Source of the DNA: Lobosporangium transversale
Lineage: Eukaryota
DNA length: 64,000 nucleotides
Reading direction: 5' to 3'
Assembly (NCBI RefSeq): GCF_002105155.1
Contig: NW_019028991.1
Span: forward strand, 248,001-312,000
Under the pieces are notes generated by a model. The model searched no databases, was not told where the DNA came from, and worked only from the letters and a program-made list of their open reading frames with translations. Position 1 is the first letter of the stretch; each line of letters starts with the position of its first letter. Made by a program: the position numbers and the translations under genes. Positions 25,959 through 36,762 of the stretch are shown one piece after another.

Positions 25959-27097
25959 TTACAAAGTAAAAAAGATTGTTTTTCTGCATTAACGGATCTG
26001 TGGGATAGTGCACGCTCAAGTAATCAATTAAAGTACTGGTGGGAAAATTTTGCAATTAAAGAAACAAAAAAGGAAGCAATTACGTATATATATATAGTTG
26101 GTGCATCATTATCATTCCATGTGCAGTTTCAAGAATTATATCGTGCATTTAGACGATCCTTCTAGCGGGCTCTTTAATTCTTAATGACAGACGTTTGTGC
26201 GTTATTTACCCTCGTGTCAAAAAAACGTTCAACTAAATAAATGCATTATATAAATGCACTACTTTATTTAATTGAATACATTGTGGTTCTTTATCTTTTT
26301 TAGTTTTTTGTCCTCGAGGGTTCATGACTACTCCCTGACCACAGGACCATTTTTAGTCCCGCTCCTGCATCTCAGCATGGACTTACATTGTTGTTTGACA
26401 GGATTTGTTTCTAGAATGAGACTAAACTGGTCGAGGGAACTGCTTTTCCGTCTTGCTTTGTCTTTGCCTCTGTGATTTTGTTTTTTTTTATGCATGTCGT
26501 AAGAAACCTTAACTTTGTTTATGCGTTAATGCGCTTAGGTTGTATATATCCATTAGAAAACAAATCATGTCAAATAGACCCAGTAAAGAAGGCGGTGGGA
26601 CTACTTAAAATAATAAAAAAAATAAGAAAACACCCGAGACCTTCGTACTCACTATTCACTCTATACTACTGAATGAAAAACATCATGCCGCGATATATCT
26701 TTATAATAGAGACCATATATACATATATAGATATAAATCAAGGGATGTAGTTTAATGTATATTATAGTACCCAGCTATATCAGAGGTTTTCTTGACGCGT
26801 TGAGAGAGGGTAACTCATTGCTAATTACGTCACTGCCTGCATCCCTGTCATCAGAAGAAAAAATACATTGTGTCCCTTATATATATATATATATATATTA
26901 AATATATTGTATTAATATATATCTCTTACCTTGTTTGTTATCAAAATGAGGGCCTGTGTTGTAAATAAAGTCAAAATAGAAGGGTGGTGACACAGCAGAA
27001 CACCCACAAATATATATATTCCTTATTTTTTCCAGGGTACCCCAAGTCATGGTCTGAGGCACACACAAACTAGAGATCATGATTCTGAGAGCGCCCC

Positions 27098-27248
27098 GTT
27101 ACCTAGACTTCAATCTTTCTCTTTTATAACGTCTTGTTCGCTGTATAGAATGAAGAGATCTACCCTCTTGGATTGAAGATCAAGTAACAATAGCAAACTG
27201 TTGAGAGAGATCATCGCACTCTTTTACACTTCAACGGTGTGTACAAAT
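27098..27248 (+). ncRNA. candidate box H/ACA-like hairpin-hinge-hairpin RNA
   Basis: Hairpin 1 (GTTAC..CTTCAATC / GATTGAAG..GTAAC), hinge ATAGCA (ANANNA) at 27190, hairpin 2 (ACTGTTGA / TCAACGGT), ACA at 27243-27245; target not identified. Confidence 0.35.
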
Positions 27249-28267
27249 AAAAAAGGTTCATGGGGCCCTATATTTTCCTTTTGCTTTTTATTCTTTTATT
27301 TTAGAAATGAAGCAATGGGATTATGATCAATAGTGTACACAAAAAAAAAAAAAAAATAGAGTGACGGAGGAAATTGATGGAGAGCCAGCATGTCCTTCGT
27401 TCTTTTTTTTTCTTTATTTGATAGACATATCAATCCATCTTTGTTGTTTGTGGTATTCAACTTGGTCATATCTTATTGTTTAAATAATAAACGACGTTAA
27501 TAAACCATTCTAAAAGAAGAGAAAAGGGAAAGGACTGTGCTTTGAAATAAGGGCTCCCTTCATCATGATGTTCATTTATCATATATATTTGTCTTCATAA
27601 TTGAGAATCTTGCATTAACTTTTGTGCACTGTCCCAGCTATGACAACGGACGAACGGAGAGATTGAGAGAAATAAGGAGAGTTTGTTCAGAGATGATGTC
27701 ACGCCTCTATCTTTATTTTCTGCTAATATCGCCTATATCCTGTTAATCAAAAATCCGATCCATTCCATCCCTTCAATGGATGTAAGTAAGCAAAAAAGCT
27801 TGAAGTGGAAAGAAAAAACCAACCCCGAGTCACGTCCTTGAACTTATTAGATAATGGAGCATACAGACACTAAGCTACTCTCTCTCTGACTGGTTCTTTT
27901 TTTATTTTATTCTCCCTGTTCTGTTTCCTTGCTTTATTTTTTTTCTTCTCTTTTATCCTCACCTTAAACATTCTCATCATACCACTTCAGTGATATATGC
28001 TTTTTTTTTTCTTTTTTTTTTTTTTTCTTTTTTTTTTTTTTAATTTTTATTCTGTTTTATATTGAATAGTGCTCGTCACTTTCCACATGTGCACCCCTGC
28101 TCCTTCTGTTCCAGAACCTGGGGCAAAAAAATATAAAAAAATAAAAAATAGATGATATATAAAACAAAGAAAGATCGAAGACGCACTTACGCACAGAGAG
28201 ACTTTCCAACTTTGGACAATTGCTCGAACTGTTATATGGATATCATCCAGGAAGCTGTATTAAGCAT

Positions 28268-28301
28268 TCGGCAAAACTGGTTTATAAACCGGTTTTGCCG
28301 A
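28268..28301. repeat. 34-bp near-perfect palindrome
   Basis: TCGGCAAAAC-T-GGTTTA|TAAACC-G-GTTTTGCCGA; 16 of 17 pairs are Watson-Crick. Confidence 0.9.
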
Positions 28302-28363
28302 TGATGAAGAGGTTGAAATCAGGAAGGAGAGCACCACATGTATGCTGTAATTAGCCAACATGG

Positions 28364-28397
<34 letters not shown>

Positions 28398-30893
28398 AAA
28401 TATGATTCCTTTTGCCATGCCTTTAATGCGTGATATGATATATTTTCCTCATCTTTTTAGCACTTTTTTGTTATTCTGGATAGTTTCCGATAGTAGCGAC
28501 ATTGCGGGAACGTTCTCCTTGTGCTCCAACCATGAACAGTTCAATATTACGATGTGAGCAAAGCAAAGCAAAAGATTCTCGAACGTTGAGTTTAATTGTT
28601 GTTAGCTATTGTCTCGATTAAACTGTAACCGTTCAGCTTCCTTCATTCATGCATGCCCCATACGAGATACGACAGACAAAAAAAAAGAGAAATCGCCGCT
28701 GCGAGATGTCTCCTGATGGTTCTGCTCCTTTCCAGTTTCTTTTATTCCACCAACAAAAGTTCAGGAAGAAATTCATTACTATCATAGCAACAACAATCAA
28801 CAAAGAAATACCATTAGATGGCGTAAAACAAAAAAAATAAAAAAAATAGAATAAGGCTTCCTTAAACCTTTGCAGTCACTGAATAAGGGTACGGTATTTA
28901 ATATAGGAGTGAATGATATTAGAAAACAGGAAAGGGAAAAAAAAAAGGAGGAAAGGAGTCCTTCTCACTCATAAAAGGAATGACGGTTGGAACTAGGAAT
29001 GGACGTCAAAAGGTTTTCATTCTTCAGTTTCTTCAGCTGAAACGAGAGTCAAAAGAAAAAGATGCAGGATCAGGTATCGGAAGTTTTGCTGCCGGATCAA
29101 TTGTTTTAGGATACCACTGTTCAGTAGTTTTTTTTATTCGACACCCTCAATCTAACCCGGTTCAGTAACCGGATGAAATTCACACAATGAGGATGAATGC
29201 CAAGACACTTCAAGATTAATTTTATTATTTTTTGTCTCAGCTGGATCATAACGTTATTCAAAAAAAAAAAAAAAAAAAAGTCAGCCATTCTTCGGCGTCA
29301 AACAATTTTTCGCGTCGGTTTAGAACTGCAACATTACTTCTAGTCTGCATATAATATCCGACATACAAAGAGACGGAGCAAACTGAACTTGTAGCAGGAT
29401 TAGAACAAAAAAAAAAAAAAAAAAAAAAAAAGGTAGTAAAAAAAAAGCATCTCTTGAAGACGCGAACTTGTTAACTTGTCAGCTGTCTTGTAAAACGAAA
29501 ACGTGTGTGTACTGCACAATTACTATTATTCATTCTTTCATATTTCAGTTCTTTATTGGTCTGTTCAAAATGTTGATCCTATGGTAATGTGAATGGAGTT
29601 TGCGTAATGTGTAATGTGGATTGCCTGTCGTGTGAATGTGATGTAAACGATAATTTCGTCCGTGTTACTTTTGTCATTGAAAGTACAGTACTCTATCAAC
29701 CTCAATGCTCCTTTTGCTATCAAACTCATACTCAAAGGTACGGTTTATTTTTTTTTTTTTTTTTTTTTTTTTTAGTATCGAAATATGACTTGAAATTGAA
29801 CATTACAGGCACGCGTGGTGTTCTTTTTTAAAAAAAAAAAAAAAAAAAAAAGTTGACAACGGTGGTTGGTGCTCCAACCTCACGATGATCCTTTCTTATT
29901 CCATGAGAAAGAATAGAAAATAGAATAGGATAGAATAAAATAAGATAAATCAAATAAATATAGGTAATGACAATATATATATATGATTCAAGCAGTTTTG
30001 TATAGTATAAATATATATATATATTTATTGTAAGTCTCTATGGATGAGTATAGATCATTAATTAGGATTGAATTGAAGCCTTTGATGTATTCAATAGCAT
30101 TGTGGCATTGTAAATGAATGTTTGTGTATACTTTCAATCACATCATTTGCATAATAATATATACCAATGTGTATTTTATATTGTTATTGTAAACACAGGT
30201 CTCATTGATTTAATGCGTCCCATTGAATGAGGTCTGTATATGAGGCTGGGGTTGGTGGGAGAAAGAGAGAGGAGTGGAGAGAGCCCCCCTCACTTCCCGA
30301 TTTGTATGGATTCGTATGGAAACATTCACAATGAATTAGATTGAATAAGGGATGGAGTGTGCCTGAGCGAATTTGAATTAGATTGAATACTCTCTAATAG
30401 ATGGATCCTTTCCTCGAAAACTGTATAAAGATGTGCCCTCCTTGGTCCAAAGGGATTTTTTTTTCCTCCTTCTATTGCTACTTTTTGCTCTGTCACCTTC
30501 TTTTAATCCTTACACCTCATTCCTTGGACAACTGAGAAAAATATCCAGAAAACACTTATCAAAAGGACTTGTCTCTCTATCTTTTCTTTCTTTCTTTCTT
30601 CCTTTCTTTTTTTTTATTGTTTTCCTCTTTCACTGTTTCTCTTCACTCACCTCTTTACTTTTTTCTTAAAGCGTTCCAACACTGGGGAGTGTTCCTTGCA
30701 CTTTTTTAAACTGCCGCGCCTCTTTCTCGAGCCTTTTTTGAGTCTTTTCCGCTTTCTTTCTCATTCCAAACTCGAATTTGCTCTTAGCCCACCTTCACCG
30801 CGCTATTTTTGTATCTTTTTTTACTATCATTTTTTCTCTCCGAAACATCGCTTCCCTTTAACCTCTTTGGCACCCTAACTCTCGTTCAGAACC

Positions 30894-32375
30894 ATGTCTA
30901 TCGAAACAGATATCAGGCGTGGTAAGTAAAATGTTTAAGCTTTTTTATTTTTTATTTTTTAGCAACACTCCATTTCAGACTTCCCTTCAGCATCATCCAC
31001 CAAACACATTTCCTTGTTAGTGCTCCAGATCAATACTATTTTTTGTGTTAAATGGATGATGATGTGATATTATCACCAAAATGCAAAAAATTAAAAATCT
31101 GTATTTTTTTTTCTCTTTCTTAATTTGTTGATGATTGGTCCAGATGCCAACCCTACGCCTACACGGTTTCTCTTGGAGTGTGGAGCCTTCACACCTGGAT
31201 TTGGCCTCAGCCTAGAGAACTATAATCCATTTGACGCCAGCATGAAGATTTTCAATACAGGGACTCCAAAGGCCGAACTTAATCCTTTCGACTCTTCTTT
31301 TGTGGTTCCATCTTCCTTGAATAATAAACCTGGCATGCTTCAAAGCGACAATCAAAAAAATAACCATACAGAACGCCATTCATGGGGAAATACGTTTGAC
31401 GACGCAGCCATGCCTATGCCGCAAATGTCTCCAGGACTTTCTCCTTCATCCTCTTCAGCAAGCTCCTCCCCTTCCCCCCCAATTCAATCCCCTCCTCCTC
31501 AGACAATTTCGTTGAGTGATTTCCACGTTTCTATGCCTTTCGACCACGATTCACGCACTTTTACTTATGATCACCCTATCTTTGAACCCCTTCCACAGAA
31601 AAAGCAGTACTCGAGCGTGCCTCGTTATGAATACCCTTCACGCGCCTCTTCGTCATCTCCTATTCGCGAAACTCTTGCTCCTAATGAAATTCTTAATGAC
31701 CATCAAACCGTACCACAGGCAGAGACGCGTCTTTTTGAAGATGAAGACGGCGGAAATTATAGCGAGCGCTCCCACGACGTTGAGGAGCACGACGAGCATG
31801 ATCAAGAGTTGGGCGCGGCTATGTCAGCGCTTGACATGCGCCGCTATTCTGTTATGAGTGATATCCAGCAATCAGTTGTTGAAGAGTCATCGATTGCTCA
31901 AAACAAGACCTCCAAGGCCCTTAGGGCCGCTTCAAAAGCAAAGAAATCATCCCCCACAGCAGCAGCTGATGGCGGTAATGCTCGCAAGGCCAAGAGCACG
32001 GCTACCAAATCTCGTAAGCGTTCCTCTATGGAGGAAGAGTCGCCAGAGTTGAAACGTCAGAGATTCTTGGAGCGTAACCGTATGGCTGCATCCAAATGCC
32101 GCGAAAAGAAGAGACTTCAGACTTTGAAGACTATTTCGGATGCTGATGAGATCACTGCACGCAATCAAGCTCTACACGAAACACTAGATCAACTTCAAGA
32201 GGAGGTCCGTCGACTGAAGAATCAGATCCTCTGCCACCGTGATTGTGGATGTGATGTGATTCAGAAGTTTGTGCGGACAAGCTTAGATTTTTCTTCACCA
32301 GCCATGGTTGCAGTTCCTCCTACAATGCCTTATGGTATGCCCGTTGCACCAGTATCATCTATGCAGCCTTATTAA
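30894..32375 (+). CDS. ATF/CREB-family bZIP transcription factor (ATF2/Atf21-like)
   Basis: Exon 30894-30921, intron 30922-31143; basic region KRQRFLERNRMAASKCREKKR, leucine zipper and following LCHRDC motif. Confidence 0.92.
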
Positions 32376-32396
32376 TGATATATTTGCCGACATGAC

Positions 32397-32426
32397 ACGA
32401 TACGATACGATACGATACGATACGAT
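32397..32426. repeat. (ACGAT)n pentanucleotide microsatellite in 3' flank of the bZIP gene
   Basis: acgat tandemly repeated about 6 times. Confidence 0.9.
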
Positions 32427-33875
32427 AATGATACAAAAAAAATAGCTATGAATTACGACCATGCCATCTTGTCATTTTTTACCATTTCTTTCCCTTCCCT
32501 TAATAGCTTTTTTCCCTTATTTTTTTTTTTACCTTGTTGCTTTTTCTTTCTATTCTACCAGTGTATTATATTTCATTTGCATTTTGCCTTCCTTTTTATT
32601 GCACACTATGTACATATCAGGAACGCCGTTTCCATTTTCTTTTTTTTTTTTTTTTTTAAAAAAAGTGCAATAAAAATGGAATAACAATAAAAACCAGTGC
32701 CTTTCAACTACATTATGACTTTTTTTTTAAAAAAATGCTTTGACGTGACCAGACACGATTTTCATGTATACAGTGGCGTGTACGTAAAAAAAGAAAGCCA
32801 GCGTGTCAATCATTCCGAACAGGGAAAAGTACCGAAGGAAGGGTAAAAGAGATTATTGATGATAATGCAAAGATGCAGGAGTCTAATAGAAAAGGAGAGG
32901 GAGCTTTTTTCTTAGTTTTAATACGCATAGAGGTAAAGTAGGAGGTAAAGAAATAGAGGCGTTTCTTCACTCTCCACAATGTTCTCTGCCTCCAACACAA
33001 CATCCTCTTTATGGGAGAAGAACGTAGTAGTAGAAATTGACTGAAAAGTAGCAGAAGTAGTAGGAGCAGGGATCGGTGAAGAGAAGAAAAAGCGGCTTTT
33101 TTTTGTTGCAGTAACATGTTTGATGTGGAGGAAATAACTAAGACAGTATCCAGCAGATGAATGGAAATCATTGGCTTCTTTTTTTTTTTTTTTTTTTTTT
33201 TTTGGAGCTGACTGGATATCACGGGAAAGAGCACGCGTGGAAGGCGACCCAAGCGACGCCAATCTCAATATAGTCTACACATGATGAGCATGGTTTTTAA
33301 GTATAGTAGAAAATGATACGGTATCAGCATGGTTCATCGCATGGCATGAAGCGTTAGTGTGTTTTAAGATGGTTAGGGCTGGGTATAAAAAGTGTGCATG
33401 CATGGCATCTGTCGTTGTGAGCACCACAAAAAGACAAAAAAGCATTATTTCCTTTGCTTTGCATTGCTTTTTCTGTGCTTAGACGGAAGAAGAAAGCTAG
33501 TACGTGAGCCACGCGCGTTCCTTTCGAACAACACTTTTTTCACACATTCACATCCTTTCTCTCTCAATCTTTCTCTCTCTCCCTCTCTCTCCCTCTCCCT
33601 CCTTCTCTTATTTTTCTTTTCTTTTATAATAACAATCCCTTCATTCTTCCTCTAGTTTTTCTCTTCAACTTTCCTTTTTTCTTTTTTCTTTTTTCTTTAT
33701 CTCTCTTCACTTGTTCATTACGGTTTTTAACTATTACATCAGCATCTCAACTGCATTCATAGTCGAATCTGATCTTTTTTTTATTTTTTTATTTATTTTT
33801 TTTTTGATCAAATACATCACATTTTTTCATTACTAATCTCATTGATTATTTCTTAACCAAGCCGAATATACAATC

Positions 33876-35003
33876 ATGTCGGCAACCAGCCCAACAAAAG
33901 CAGCGGTAATTCCCTACATCCATCAACTTTCTCTTTGCCATCGTCTTATTAATTAGCTATTTTACACATGCTGAACTACTCACTAATGAGAATAGGGAAC
34001 TGAAAGAGTAAAGAAAGGATAAATGAACGGAAAATAGGACGAAGAAGGAAGGAAAAAAAAAAAAGCCATCATTGACGTGTTTGTGAGGAAGCTCCCCCTT
34101 TAGTTCTATTTGTGCATATATTTTTCCATTCCGCAGTCCATAATGCTTGTAACTCTTCCCCAACCTTCCTCACACCCTTCCCCTTCTCCCTTACCCCTGT
34201 TCACTGTTTGATTTGTTGCCGAAAAAAGAAGGAATATGTCTTATACACAATGCATGTTGATTTACTGTCCTGTAGGCAGGGCCAGATATTGTTTTGAGCA
34301 ATGGTGTCGGTAGATTTATCCTTTGCGTTGCGTCCTCAAAGGCTCTTCAAAATCTGAGCAATCTGTCTGTGAGCCAAAGCAAACAACATCAGCAACAATA
34401 TGTCACCTCCATCTTGATTTCTTGTCCATCAAATCGATCTTTTATCCATGTTCAGCTTTTTTTTTTTTTTTTTTTTTTTTTGAATTATCCAGATAATATA
34501 TTGCATGAGTGTTATAGTATTCTATCCATTATCTGGTTTATCAGGCATACTGAAAAAAAAAAAGTCCTCTGGCTTACTACATTACTTGCTGTATACGACT
34601 TCCTCATCTTTTCTTTTTTCCAAAGTCATTGAGTTACATCTTTCCTTTCTTTCGCGTATTACGCAAGCATATACTTCCTTTGTTCATATTTATATTCAGG
34701 GCACGGCGGGTTTAGGAGTATCTTTGCTGACATGCGGAAAAAAAAAAAATCCATGTTTCTTAATGACTGCTCTTTAGTAATGTTTTTTTTTGACTCCTTT
34801 GATCCCGTTAATTTGAGAATGAAGCCAGGGGAAGGGGAAAAGGGGAAAAGGGGAGAATAGAGATGAGCAAAAGTCTTTCCGAAGGGCAGATGACGTTTCC
34901 CCACGTCTTGTCTTATTTAGTTGAAACCCAAAAATGTATATAGTCTATACGTAATTATCAAAGGTGTAAAAACTTTGGAAAAAAGAGCGAACAGAGGAGA
35001 AGG

Positions 35004-35035
<32 letters not shown>

Positions 35036-35854
35036 TAGACGACCAGGCACTAAAATGAACTAACAATAGAATATGTCGAATCTAATCTTTTATTGCTCTA
35101 TTACTTTATTGAAATCTATTAGGCCAGCGCAGAAGAAGCGCCGATCAGCAAGAGCAAATATGCTGAGGAATCTGAACAAGCAGATAGAGCTGAGTCCGAG
35201 TCAGAAGCAGATGCTGTATATGATGAGGATGATATCATTGACCATGTAACATTTGATCAGCTGTTGGAAATGGATGATGAAGAGGATCATGAGTTCTCAA
35301 AGTCCTTGGTCTGGAACTATTTTGAACAAGCAGAGAAAACCTTCGCTGATATGGAAGCTGCCATGTAAGTAATATGAAGTTTTTGGATCTTTCTCTTTTC
35401 TTTTAGAAAACCACATTTCTTTCATCCTTCCATCGATTTCATAACAATGTGTGCCATCTGCAGAAAGATGACAAATGGAGAGAAAAGTCATCAAGACGGC
35501 GTTGTACGACTAAGAAAGAATTGTAGAGTAAAAACTCTAGAATTTGAGGAAGACCCGTGACAGATCTATTAATTTTCTTTCTTTTTACTACTAATTGTTA
35601 GGGAGAAGCTTGATTTCCCAGATTTGTCGAGACTTGGTCATTTTTTGAAAGGTTCATCAGCAGCATTGGGTCTGATCAAGGTCAAACAATCATGCGAGAA
35701 GTTGCAGCACTATGGAAACCGCAAGGATGCGACTGGAAATAACTCTATTACAAATGAGGAAGCCGAGAATTTAATCCGAACATTGTTGGTTGAGATGCGG
35801 AGGGAATATGATGAAGCTGAAAACTATCTTCGAGTATTTTATGAGGAGTCATAG
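33876..35854 (+). CDS. YPD1: Histidine phosphotransfer (HPt) protein Ypd1/Mpr1
   Basis: Exons 33876-33905, 35123-35364, 35602-35854: TFDQLLEMDDEEDHEFSKSLV..YFEQAE..LSRLGHFLKGSSAALGL..CEKLQHYG (phospho-His motif). First exon inferred. Confidence 0.93.
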
Positions 35855-36436
35855 AGGTAGTTGTAGTAGAAATCGTAATAGCTAGTCCGTTGTAGTTGAG
35901 GAACTATGTAAGGACAACCCATCCTCCCCTTTTCTCTACTGGGGCCATAATTTTTTTTTTTGTTTTTTTTTTAGAACCTCATCGAGGATCCGGGACAATG
36001 GATTCTTTTTTTCTCTCAATATCTTCCTTATTCATCCCTCTAAAAACATCACACGCCTTGTTTTGGCGCTTTTCACTCCTACAGAAAAAAAAAAATATTA
36101 GAAAAGAAAAAAAAAAAGTAATTACAAGAGTCCTGCATTTTGTTGAATTTCGCTTTATTTTATCTTTATTTTTGCAATGGCCTCTATCAATGTGAAGAGG
36201 AGTCATTAAAGAAAAAGATTGTATCTTAGAAAAGAAAAAAAATGCATTGTGATGGACGACTTTTGACCTTTCAATTTCAGGAACAAATTTATTGAAAAGA
36301 GGAGGGAAGATGAAGTGAGGCGCACGGACGTCTGTGGCTTTTTTTTTTTTTTTTTTTGAAGTTGTGCCAGCGTTCCCCATGTCGCGACAACGTTCCACAT
36401 TCCTCCCAGGAAAAAAAAAAAAAAAAAAAAAAAAAA

Positions 36437-36731
36437 ATGAACTCAATTCAACATATTGACGAATTAGTCAAGGAGTACTTATTAGTAATGATAAGCAAGG
36501 ACTTCTGGAGGCCTCATGGGTCTTTAAAAACCTTGGTGCACTTCTTTTAAGCGTATATGGTATTGAGCGAAAAAAGGACAGAATTCTTATCATGGACAAT
36601 GGCATTGATATGATGTAGCATTATTGTTTTGTGGCGCGCTCTTTCTTTTAGTTCAGAGGGTTTACAAACACCTACAAGGCCTTTGAGGCCGAGAGCAAGT
36701 CAGATAAAGACAAGGGATTTCAGGTATAAAA

Positions 36732-36762
<31 letters not shown>

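Noticed and set aside
28301..28360. ATGATGA as box C of another snoRNA (also at about 23655 and 33281)
   Set aside because: No suitably placed box D with terminal stem or recognisable rRNA guide.
22766..30878. Many 60-105 aa ORFs rich in poly-K/poly-F
   Set aside because: Arise from A/T homopolymers; no recognisable domains or consistent splice structure.
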